From Octopus sinensis (taxonomy: Eukaryota), in NCBI RefSeq assembly GCF_006345805.1, contig NC_043001.1, forward strand, positions 47,740,001 through 47,804,000: DNA of 64,000 bases, given 5' to 3'. This document shows positions 40,603 to 52,740 of the stretch, piece after piece; the first letter of the stretch is position 1; every line of letters starts with the position of its first letter. Both the position numbers and the translations under genes were made by a program. The notes below the pieces were generated by a model that had not been told where the DNA came from, searched no databases, and saw only the letters and a list, made by a program, of their open reading frames with translations.

Positions 40603-41026
40603 TATATATATATATATATATGTTTGTATACATGTATGAATTACTACATATTCAAAATATGGTACGCGGACAGGATGCGAATGCACTTCTGCCGAAGGAC
40701 GAGAAGCCTAAATCGAGAAGCAGAACGGACACAATGCCGAACTGACATAAAGCCAAATGGACAAGATGCCGAAAAGATATACGAAAATTGAAATATATGA
40801 TAAAATTGTCAAATTGATGAACATATTTGCGAAATTGGTGAATTGGTCATTAAACTATGTAGGGAAGAATGTTTTTTTTCTTTTTTTTATTGTGTCCGTT
40901 TGGCTTTATGAACGTTCGGCTTCTTGGCTTCGGTAAAAGTGCATTCGGCATCCTGTCCGGGCACGTTAACACACACACACACCACACACACACACACACA
41001 CACACCACACACAAACACACACACAC

Positions 41027-41072
<46 letters not shown>

Positions 41073-41073
41073 T

Positions 41074-41104
<31 letters not shown>

Positions 41105-41861
41105 TATATATGTATGTAATGTATGTATGTATGTATATATATATATATGTATATATATACATATAGATAGGTACACACGCGCACACATATATGTATGTAT
41201 GTATGTATGTATGTATATATATGTATGTATATAGGTAATTGAAACTTTCGTATTTAAGCTTATGGATTACTACCAAGGTCGTTATAATTTGGTTTTGCAA
41301 ATTAGAAAATACTTTGATATAGGCAATTACTATATTCCATCATACGCAAGGCGCTTTCTACAGCAATACAATAGCTAGAAGAATAACTAGGGTCGATGAC
41401 TTTGAAATAATGCCATAATTCGTGCGAGGATATTTGCTGACGTATATGACTAATCATATTGGATAAAAGGGAAAGAAAAAATACATTTCAGCATCCCATT
41501 TCAACACCATGATAAGAATAAGCAATATCGGAGATAACAAACTTCGTTGGATTGTACGTGTGTGCGTTGTGAAAAATAGATAGATAGATAGATACATGAA
41601 TATATAAAGAGATAGATACATATACAGACAGACATACAAAGAGATAGATAAATAGCCTGATAGCTAGATAGATAGATAGATGGATAGATAAACAGATAGA
41701 GAGATAGGTAAATAGATAGATAGATAGATAGACAGACAAACAGACAAACAGACAAGCAGATAGACAGACAGATAGATAGATAGATAAATAGATAGACAGA
41801 TGCATATATTAAACTTTTACAAAGGTAAGTTGACATGACTTCGAAGTTTTTTTTTACTCAC

Positions 41862-41999
41862 TTTCGCCAGATTGTGATTTACCTGTGTTCTTTCTGTCTT
41901 TGTAATCATTGACAAATTGTGTTTTTTTATTGGGGGGGGGGTCAGGGGGGGAACTGTGAAATGGTAATTAGATGTGGTGCAGGGAGACCGAGGAAATAA
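41862..41999 (-). CDS. Possible upstream exon on the minus strand
   Basis: Long polypyrimidine acceptor (ttcttcctcctctattttctcctctacgcag|) and consensus donor AAA|GTGAGT; 138 nt open in frame 0, with an alternative acceptor at 41953. Phase does not directly match the 33415 exon. Confidence 0.3.
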
Positions 42000-44510
42000 C
42001 TGCGTAGAGGAGAAAATAGAGGAGGAAGAAAGTACGTGTGGGTTCATCGAAAGTTATCGTGAGGAAACTTGTTTTTGTCTGATATTGGAATTTTATTGTC
42101 CATGGTTCAGTGATGTGTGGAAGCAAATGAAGAGATAGGATATAACAACCCTAAACAATAAAAAAATTCGCAAATCAAATAAAATCTTCTCACAATAACT
42201 TTCCTTTTTTTTTTAAATAATTGTTTAATTATACTCCTTCACAAAAGTACTGGAAAAACGGTTAAACTACCTTATTGTACTTTCCCTATTATAATAGGGC
42301 AAGTAGATTAAGGTAGTTTAACCATAGAGAATATTCTTATAAATTATATAAAATTGAATAACGTCAATTATGATAATGAGATGAATATTAATTCTATTTG
42401 TAGGGTACCAAAAACTTAACATCTTATCTCAATTTGCTAAGCTCAAGAAATTATATATTGATTTCTCATTTAGACTCATTCCTCTAGGGTGAATGGATAG
42501 TTGTTTTAAGTCGCGTTTCTACTAACGCATTCATTCAGGATTTCGGCTAGAAAACTGCTTTCGCAATATCTGTTTATTTACGATAGTTTAGATATAAGAA
42601 CATCAGAGCATAATTGCTGAAGCATAGTAAAAATACTCTTGGGTACTGAACTAAGTTGCAGTAGTAGATTTTTTTTTTCTCCCATTTAACATTAATTTTC
42701 TCTTACTATGTATCATATAAATTTTACATAATTTATTTTTACACTGGTAATAAATTTTGTGGCTTTTTCACGGCTGAGGCAATACAAATCCTATACAAAT
42801 CCTATTTGCTAAGGAATTATAGCTCCTGAGAGGAAAATTTTATGTAAACATATAATAAATATAATATTTCAATTTTATATGCCGTAATTGTCCTCTGATG
42901 GCTTACCGACAGTGTGTGCTGAATAGCGTGGTTGGTTTCCCACAGCGTAAATTTTACCATCTGCTTCATTACCAGGACAGATATGAGACGCCCAATAGTT
43001 CTTAGATCTGACTCCTTATATATGGCATAGACAAACAGTAAATTGGGACAGTTAATCTACTTTAACACTACACATCTGATGTGTTCTTAATCAATTTTCT
43101 TAATTTACCCTCAATGGTGACATTACTACATTTATCTATACCCATACTGTGTTTTTATATTATTTTCTTCTTTATCTCATTGAAGTCTTTATCAAATGTA
43201 TCTTCATACACGATATCTTTTAATAGTTCTCTATAAGGACTCAGAAGTTTATAATTGATGAGCCATTAAGCTTTACTAATGGGTATACAACACATCGACA
43301 AGAAAATATTATTTTAGTTTCTCCTATTTAGCATTAATTTTTCCGTACACAATCACAATATACAATATAAATTTTACTTTCTTTTTCGTTATTAGCAAAT
43401 AGACGGCTATTTGCGACAGCAGTGATTGTTTTTCTATATCATAAAAAGCTAAATTTGTCTAAGCATGCGGTTTCAAGTAGATGTTTAAAAGTGGTGACGC
43501 TAAAGAGAGCATAAATCTAGATGAAGCAATTCCAATAATGGTGATGGACACATTTCGTCTTCTGATTTACTTTCTATGCTTTTTAACACTACATGTTTAT
43601 ATGAGATGTCTTGAGACAAATCCCACAGTTTTGTGGCTTTCTAGCGTATATCCATGCTTATTTATATTCAGTTTGTACTGAATATTGTCTTACACACTGA
43701 CTTTTGTGCCTCTGCATATATTTATGCAATTATATAATTCTTTATATAATCGTTTTTACACCGTATTTTCACCTCTTGACAAGGAGAAATTTACAATTTC
43801 TATTATTTTATACCAGAGGATACAATTCATATCGCGCATTACTTACTCCATATTTTAGAATAATTTGCATCCAGTACCAACGTTCAGGTATATATAGCAG
43901 GATTGAAATCTACTAGATATATTTATATCTATTTTTGTATTTCTACCTAACGTTTCTCTTCACCTTATGACTGTTTATCTACCTCCTCTATTCATGTGAT
44001 ATGAAAAATAGTATATGTGATATTTCTTATTTATCTGTTTCCTCCGTACATATGATCGCATATATATATTTCATTTATAATTTATTATTCTCTTTTATTT
44101 ATTTATCATAGTTTGTGCTACATTGCAATATGTGAGGGATGACATGTTTCAGTAATCCCCTGTCACCATATTTCCTTGAGTACAGACATATGCATGCTGG
44201 TATAAGATATCTACACATACCTGTATATGTTCGCATTTACACGTAACTTGATATGTATATATATTCCATTCTATCCATATATTAAACAAGCGGTTTATAT
44301 CATATATATTTTACAGATTAGAGATATAGCTTACTTTACATGCATATTAACTTTATTGTAATATATATGTGTATATATTTATGAGTGTGTGTGTGTTTGT
44401 GCGAGAGCGAGTGTGTGTTATATGCACACATATGCTTATGATTTAGCTTATCCATTGCGATTCTAATAACCATTTGTGAAAAAATATATCTATGCTTTAG
44501 AGTATGTATG

Positions 44511-44554
<44 letters not shown>

Positions 44555-44580
44555 ATACGTGACAATTATTCGGTAGTCAT

Positions 44581-44641
44581 GATAAAACTCCGAGTTTCAG
44601 ATGTCGGGGTGGAAATCCACGCCGCCATCTCTTCAGTTATC
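44581..44641 (-). ncRNA. Type I hammerhead-like fold in the left arm of a foldback element (mutated mirror copy on + at 44705-44765)
   Basis: GAUAA-CUGAAGA-[GAUG g CGG c GUGG auuu CCAC c CCG a CAUC]-U-GAA-ACUC g GAGU-U-UUAUC: 5-bp stem I, near-palindromic stem III, one extra nucleotide before G12. Confidence 0.55.
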
Positions 44642-44869
44642 CGGCCATCGGGAAAAATGCCATGATTTTTCATAGGTTTTTCATAGCATTTTTTCTGATG
44701 GCCGGATAACTGAAGAGATGGCGGCGTGGATTTCCACCCCGAAATCCGAAACTTAGAGCTTTATCATGGCTACCGAATAATTGTCACATATTACTTTTAC
44801 AGATAGATTCCACTATTTACATTATATCGAGATCTCTTTCATTCTTTTGTCGTCTTACTATTTCTATCA

Positions 44870-44931
<62 letters not shown>

Positions 44932-46122
44932 CTTATGGTATAATCTGTTAAGAACGTAGTAGAGTACAGTATTAAGCTCGTCCACCATCGGATTTCTCCA
45001 GCAGTAGTATTATACATACTTCTAGGTTTGCATGTGGGCATCTGTCGTGTGTGATTATATAACTGAAAAAAATTGGTGTCAACAAGAAAGGGTACGATTG
45101 AACATTTGTTTTTTAATCACTGCAATTGTTCCCACGCAACGTAGTTCTCCAGGAGTGCAGGTACTTGATTATGAAATTGTTTCGCTGCATTATGAGATCT
45201 AGTTGTGTTTCCTCAGGTGATATGTAAATAGTATCACTGTAAATAGGCTAAAGGAACCAAAAAAAGATACCAAAATTCCGAGGTCCTATGATATAACCCA
45301 ATTTTCGGATTGCAAATATCATCGAATATAGGTAAATAATTCCTTGCAGCGTTATATAGGTGCTTCCCTAAAACACATAAATACAATCGTATCTTCAACA
45401 AGCACACAGTGAAAGTATCGTACGCCATATCCAGCAACGTGGGTTACTACATACACAATTACAATATAATAATATACATGCAAACAACGACCACAGACAA
45501 GAAACAAACAGATCAATACAACACGGGGTATAGTAACAATAAGAAAAAAATAAACGTGATAAGGATCACAAAAACATAAGATAAAGAGCCCGACAGTTAT
45601 AATAGGATTCAAACAAAAACTCAAAAAAGAATCGAGGAAACAGGCTATAACACCAAGAACACTTCAGACACTGCTAGACAACTGGGAAATCACAAAAACA
45701 AAAAGTCACCAGATACTCTCTCTCTCTTTTTACTCTTTTACTCTTTTATTGTTTCAGTCATTTGACTGCGGCCATGCTGGAGCACCGCCTTTAATCGAGC
45801 AACTCGACCTCGGGACTTATTCTTTTTGTAAGCCCAGTACTTATTCTATCGGTCTCTTTTGCCGAACCGATAAGTGACGGGGACATAAACACACCAGCAT
45901 CGGTTGTCAAGCAATGCTAGGGGGACAAACACAGACACACAAACAAACACACATACATATATATATATATATACATATATACGACGGGCTTCTTTCAGTT
46001 TCCGTCTACCAAATCTACTCACAAGGCATTGGTCGGCCCGGGGCTCTAGATGAAGACACTTGCTCAAGATGTCACGCAGTGGGACTGAACCCGGAACCAT
46101 GTGGCTGGTTAGCAAGCTACTT

Positions 46123-48310
46123 TATTTCAAAACATTTGCCATAAAGGCAGTACACAGAGTAAGTTAGCTTTGCGGGCTGGACGAGGACATTAATGAAGTG
46201 AATGATAATGAAAGAAAGATGATGGGGATGGGAGAAGACAAAAAGCGCCCGCCGACTTTCGCTTCTCTAAAGCATTGTTCTTTTTAAAGATAAACACAAA
46301 ACGAGGTATTAAACCTCTTACAATTTTTTCAATTTTTGGACTTAGCAGTCCATTACTAATAATAACAGTTCTTTTTAAAGATAAACACAAAACGAGGTAT
46401 TAAACCTCTTACAATTTTTTCAATTTTTGGACTTAGCAGTCCATTACTAATAATAACAGTTCAATAATTACATATCGTCCTCGAAATAACTTGTGCCCGC
46501 GCCCTCCACCCTCCACCACGCCTCCCTCAGAACGTAATCAAGTTCCGAGTTAGCGTCGCCCGGGACCAAGTTATAATCTTCATTGAGCTCCTTCAGCCCA
46601 AGCGTCACGTCGAACGCCACGGCCTCCACAGCTATCTGCGGAGGCCATTCGGGGTCCTGTGTTAAGGCTAAAGGTGCTCCCTTGTGGTGCTCTTCCATCA
46701 CCTTCTCAATTTCTCAGCCTCTATAGAAGAGGACCAATACGTTCAATTCTTTCGTTGGCGGCACAGTTCCCGCCAACGGTATTCCTTCTCTTGTCGGTGG
46801 CACAACCCCAACCGACGTAGTTCCGGGACATTCCGGTGCTATGTCACCGACAGCCGGTAATGTCCCGTTTTTCTTCCTCTTTTTCTTTTTTTCCCTTTTC
46901 AACTGATGGAGGGTGCGTCTCCTCCGTGGCTGGAAGATTCGCGTTTCTCTCCTCACTCCTATTATCCTTTGGTGAGCACCCATTGTTGCTCACCTTCCTC
47001 TTTCGGCCTCTGTTTGAGGAGTCCTCTGCTTTCTCGGCTGTTATCACTCCCTCTTCTAGAGGGGTTTTACTTAACTGTTCCGGGATCCTATTTTGTTCCC
47101 GGGGACAGTTCTTCTTTATGTGGCCGGACTCCAAGCACCGATGACACTTAGGGGGGCGACCCTCAAGCATCACCGGGTACCTGCACCCGGCCATTTTCAA
47201 AAAATCTGGAAGAACCAGATTGGCTGATTGGGTCCACAGGGTCAAAATTGCTTTTGACCCAACCCAAGCAGCCGCAGGAAGAACTTTTACATTGAGGAGC
47301 TTAGTTTCGCTGCCACCCAGACCCCGGCGGATAGTCTCCTCTATCCACTCGGGTTCTATCCCGGGTGGCAGCCCGCAAATCCAAGCTTTCATCAATTTCT
47401 TTTTTTTGTACGTGGGCAGGAATAAAATTTCCTTACCCTCCAGGGGTTTGCTAGCAAATTTGCAAGCCTCTTCAGGGGTGTCAAATAGCAACCACACCGT
47501 TGCATATTTGACACCCCTGGAAATGAATTTAATTGTTGGCAAATACTCTTCCAACTCCTTTTCAATTGCCGTCTTTTCGAATAGGGCGATGGTGTCGAGT
47601 GCCTTGGAGTAGGTTCTCAACACCACCGTCCTATCTTCACGGTCTTTTAACCACTTTTTAGGCGGTATGATCTCCCATTCCAAAAGTTTGTTATTTTTCA
47701 TTGCCATGTTTTTTCTTTTTTTTTTTTAAAATGTATTCAGAATAAAACGAGAAGAAAAGGAAATCAGAAGAAAGTCACAGTGAAAAAAGGAGAAAGTCAA
47801 ATAAAGTTGAAAATAAAGTCAATAACACAGCAAAAACCTTCTGGCCATTCGGTACTCCCGGCCTAAATTGAACTAGGAACGCCGCAACTGGAACAAAACT
47901 TCCACAAAAATTGGTGTAAAATTGGTAAAAATTGTTCAAACTTCGGAGGCAAAATACTCTCCTATATAGCAGTTTTCACAATTCATAAAAGTTCTTCACA
48001 GCACAATACAATTCTCACAATTAGGTGAGAAAAATATTCACTCAATTTATCGGAGACGGATACGCCCCCCAAAAATTTTCTCAATTCAACGAGAAAAATA
48101 TATTTGCCCCATGTCGGCAGAATCAGAATTCTGAATCCAGTAGGACTTCCTGCCTGTAAAAAACAATTTTCAACAAAAACTCCCACTGGACCAAGAAAAC
48201 AGAATCTCAATGGGGCTTCCAAAATTTTCAATTCAAGACGGCTTCAAAAGCACGTCTTCACCGCTTCAGTGCCAAACACAACGCTGACTCGCACATGCGC
48301 AGAAGCAACT
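46123..48310 (-). mobile_element. ORF1-only non-LTR retroelement (L1/Tx1-like, half-L1 architecture) with 15-bp TSD
   Basis: TSD GTTAGCAAGCTACTT at 46108-46122 and 48311-48325; about 600-nt 5' leader; gag-like ORF1; 3' region ending in AATAAA; no endonuclease or RT coding sequence. Confidence 0.8.
46468..47707 (-). pseudogene. ORF1p (gag-like, CCHC zinc knuckle) of the L1/Tx1-like element; one frameshift and one premature stop
   Basis: CHRCLESGHIKKNC = CX2CX4HX4C, with an RRM-like VWLLFDTPEEA upstream. ORFs 46714-46983 and 46468-46701 share a frame, split by TGA at 46714-46716. A shift in the A-rich run near 46880-46900 joins them to 46844-47707 (about 412 aa). Confidence 0.75.
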
Positions 48311-48947
48311 GTTAGCAAGCTACTTACCACACAGCCACTCCTGCGCCTATTAGTAACAAAAATAATAATAGTGCTGGAAATCTGCACGTCAGGTCAGGAG
48401 CCAATGCGTGCAAAAAAACCCATCTTATACAAATACACAATCACCACACCACACACAAATACGTGTATGTATGTGTATGTATGTGAGTGCGCGTACATAT
48501 CCATATTTGAGTGCTTGTGTGTATGTGTGTGTGCATATGCGAATGTATATATCTATGTAGTGAAGGTGCATGGCTCAGTAGTTGGAGCGTTGAGCTTACG
48601 ATCGTGAGGTTGTAAGTTCGATTCCTGGACCGGGCTGCGTAAAGTGTTCTTGAACAAGACACTTTATTTCTCATTGCTCCAGTTCACTCAGCTGTAGAAA
48701 TGAGCTGCAACGTCACTGATGCCAAGCTGTACCGGCCTTTGCCTTTCCTTTGGATAACATCGGTAGCGTAGAGAGGGGAGGTTGATATGCATGGATGACA
48801 CAACCCTAGGTTTTGCGTTTGTTGGTGAGGCGACTTTTGCCTAGACATGTACCCCGGAGGGGAACCTCTTAGGTGCACTCATGGTCATTCTTGGCCAACG
48901 GAGTCAAGTTTAGAAATATATATACATACATACATAAATACATACAT

Positions 48948-48984
<37 letters not shown>

Positions 48985-49006
48985 ACACACACACACATAT
49001 ATATAT

Positions 49007-49037
<31 letters not shown>

Positions 49038-49247
49038 ATATAAACGTATTTATATGTATGGATGTGTGTGCGTGCAAATAGATATGTATATATATATGTG
49101 TAAGTGTATGCAAACACGAGCATCTGTGTATGTATATGCATGCGAGTGTAGGTATGTGAGTGCACGTACATATGTACATATCCGTATATGTGAGCGTGTG
49201 TGTATATACGTATGTATGTGAATATCTAGATGTATATATATATATAG

Positions 49248-49315
<68 letters not shown>

Positions 49316-49532
49316 AAATATGTATATAAATATATATGTGACCTCGTGTGTACCGTTGGCGACTTTTTTCCTCTGTCTTCCCTTCTCTGGATCTTTCCTT
49401 CTATGTTTCCGACGAAGAGCTCCGCTCGAAACGTTAAACCCTCCTTCTTCCCTTTCCTGAGCGTCCAATAATACTATATTTGTTCCACGTCCTCGCGTTG
49501 TAGTGTTTTTTTGTGCTTTCTTGTTTAGATTA

Positions 49533-49571
<39 letters not shown>

Positions 49572-49598
49572 CTAAGATTCTACAGAATTCCTTTTATT

Positions 49599-49684
49599 AT
49601 TTTCTACACATGTTTCAAAGGCCGCAAATTTCCAAATTCGGATTGAGTAAGGAGACCATTTTGCAGCTTTCTCTTCAGGAAAAT
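49599..49684 (-). ncRNA. Type I hammerhead ribozyme fold with long stem II (canonical core)
   Basis: AUUUUC-CUGAAGA-[GAAAGCUGCAAA...UUUGCGGCCUUU]-GAA-AC(AUGU)GU-A-GAAAAU: 6-bp stem I, 12-position stem II with one mismatch, GUA cleavage triplet. Confidence 0.7.
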
Positions 49685-49940
49685 CCAGGAATGTAAATCT
49701 CCAAAACAAATGCGCAGCAAGGTATTCGAACAAAACGCTCCCTAGAATCTTCGTTCAGCTTCATTTCTTCCCTTCACTAAATATATTAAACTTCAATTAT
49801 CCGCGCTAAGGCACGGTTGCGACACCCCAAGGTCGTAACTTCAACCGTGTTTTTTCTGTTGTGATTTTTGCTACCCAGGTATCGGTTAAATTTTGAATAA
49901 TCCTTAACAAGATAATTCATTTATCCATTTCAATATATAT

Positions 49941-49999
<59 letters not shown>

Positions 50000-51119
50000 C
50001 ACGAAAAGAAAAGAAATAGAGCAACAATTAACAATTAGAAGTTGATAATTGGTATTAAAAGGTCATCATTGGTATTAAAATTGTAGTTAAAAACATTAGC
50101 AACTGTTTCAGTTTGTTATGTTTGAATTAAGGTAGCATTTATCTCATTCTGTTTAACAAACATCGTCAGAATGATTTAGAGTTTATCGGAGGCATATAGA
50201 CAGGAGAAAAAGGAAAAGGAAAAGAAAAAGGGAAAAAAGTTCGTAAAGTCTTTAGGCTTACATTTTTATGTCCTTTATGTTCCACATGTGTGTACATTTC
50301 TTCAATTAGATGAAGGGAGAAGTAAGTGGGGCAAATGGCTAGTTGCCCGGCGGTTTTAACCGAAAAAGTTATACCTGGTAGTAATATCCGGTGTCGTTAA
50401 TTGTAATTGATAACGCTGTTTGAAACGCGAAATAAGCCTCTATGATAACAAATAATGCCCTTATTAAAAAATTAAGGGTGCTCTTAAAAGTTTAAGTGCG
50501 ATATAGGGTATAAATTTGGGTTACGTAAGAGGTATAATAAACATATAAATAAGTAAATAGAAATGCTGTTATGTGCGGCGCGGGTTATCTACTCGTTAAT
50601 ATAATTAAAAACCAATACATATTTCTTTACTACCCACAAGGGGCTAAACACAGGACAAACAAGGACAGTCGGCTAGGATAGACTAAATCGCTTGTTTAAT
50701 CGTGTTTATGTTATTTTGTAAATTATTTATAAATTTAACCTTTAAAGGAATTTTTTGATATGCTGGCCATTAATAAATTTTTTTTCCCGGAAAAAACTTT
50801 ATCCTACATTAGTTTTATATATATATATATATTTATATATAATCTATAAGATTACCGTAGAAATCATACGCTGATTGCATTAATAGTAAAAGTGGAAATT
50901 ATAAATAATAAGAGTGATCTAGTTATGCTCGGATGTTGTAGGGAGCTTGCCTGACTTGTCAGTCATTAAGACAAGTGCTTTATCGTGGCTATGAGTTGTT
51001 TTGACTCTTATTTCTAGCAACCCTGGTGCTGACGAGTGTCCTTGTTCATTTTAGTGACGTCTATACTTCTGCCTTTCGGTTGTAAAATTGCGAATAAGCC
51101 ACCCTTATTATACATACAT

Positions 51120-51873
51120 ACATGAAACGATCTTGGCCTTCTTTAGAGCTGGTGAGGAAGGGTGTTGCCACTGCATGGATTGTCTCTTTGTCTCTGACTC
51201 AAAGTGATTAATCCAACACTAATCGTGGGTTAGGAAACAGCCAAAGAAACCAGCTGGATCTGATTCCAAAAATGTCAGATTTTCTCGTGATGTTATCAGG
51301 CTGGTGTGCTTTTGATCAGGTGTCAGAAGATGAGGCACCCGCAGACCATAAATTTTCGTCACGCCAGGTTCATTGTTCGGAATATTATCAACTCTCTCAC
51401 GGGATATAGTAATGACATTTGTTATTGATTTATAGTAAATCGCCTGTCACCCATCATCATGCGGTGAATACGATCAATGTTTCCTTTGCGAATGGCGGTT
51501 GCAGGACATCCAGACCTTAGGTCATCTTTAAGATGACCTTCTCCTCCTAAATTCAGCTGCCCCATATTTGCTCTGTTGATGAATCTAGAGCGGCATTCTC
51601 TAATCTAGCAGCGATGTCAGCATGAATGCCGTTGGGAGCTAAATCCTTTTCCTGCAGATACTTCGCAGCACCATGTTGCCAAATGTTGTCCATTTTCAAG
51701 AGAAGTTGCTACTAGTTACTTCTGAAGTCATCTTTGAACAGTTACATGTCACTTTACCTTGAAAGAAACAATGCAGTTAATAATAAGAAGGTTTGAAATT
51801 AATGCCTGCAAGATTTCACAGCTCTAGCATTACTCCATCATTGTCAGGCTATGAACTTTTCAGCTCACCCTCG
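51120..51873 (-). mobile_element. 5' half of a decayed mariner transposon
   Basis: TIR cgagggtgagctgaaaagttc after TA; broken translation ...LKDDLRSGCP...DRRFTIN...RVPHLLTPDQK...WINHFESETKRQSMQW. Confidence 0.8.
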
Positions 51874-52003
51874 TATGTATGTATGTATGTATGTATGTAT
51901 GTATGTATGTATGTATGTATGTATGTATGTATGTATGTATGTATGTATGTATGTATGTGTGTGTGTATGTATGTGTGTGTGTGTATGTATGTATGTATGT
52001 ATG

Positions 52004-52036
<33 letters not shown>

Positions 52037-52118
52037 GTGTATTTCGCTGTATATAAGTATGTGAATACATTATCTATTTAAGTCTTGCTCTTACGAGTAA
52101 GTACACAATAATATATTT

Positions 52119-52740
52119 AAGGCGGTGAGCTGGCAGAAACGTTAGCACGCCGGGCGAAATGCCTAGTGGTATTTCGTCTGCCGCTACGTTCTGAGTTCAA
52201 ATTCCGCCGAGGTCGACTTTGCCTTTCATCCTTTCGGGGTCGATAAATTAAGTACCAGTTACCCACTGGGTCGATGTAATCGACTTAATCCGTTTGTCTG
52301 TCCTTGTTTGTCCCCTCTATGTCTAACCCCTTGTGGGCAATAAAGAAATAAGAAACGTTAGCACGCCGGGCGAAATGCGTAGCGGTATTTCGTCTGCCGT
52401 TACGTTCTGAGTTCAAATTCCGCCGAGGTCGACTTTACCTTTCATCCTTTCAGGGTCGATAAATTAAGTACCAGTTACGCACTGGGGTTGATATAAACGA
52501 CTTAATACGTTTGTCTGTCCTTGTTTGTCCTCTCTGTGTTTAGCCCCTTGTGGATAGTAAAGAAATAGGTATTTCGTCTGTCTTTACGTTCTGAGTTCAA
52601 ATCCCACCAAGGTCGACTTTGCCTTTCATCCTTTCGTGGTCGATGAATTAGTACCATTTACGCACTGGGGTCGATATAATCGACTTATTCTCTTGTTTGT
52701 CCCCTCTATGTTTAGTCCCCAGGGGGCAATAAGGAAATTA
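52119..52740 (+). mobile_element. Three tandem copies of SINE type B (tRNA head plus Deu/Nin-like central domain)
   Basis: aggcggtgagctggcagaaacgttagc...gagttcaaattcc...gtcgactttgcctttcatcctttcggggtcgataaattaagtaccag repeated three times with progressive 5' truncation. Confidence 0.85.

Noticed and set aside
45170-45225. CUGAGGA...GAAAC on the minus strand
   Set aside because: No convincing stem II or stem I.
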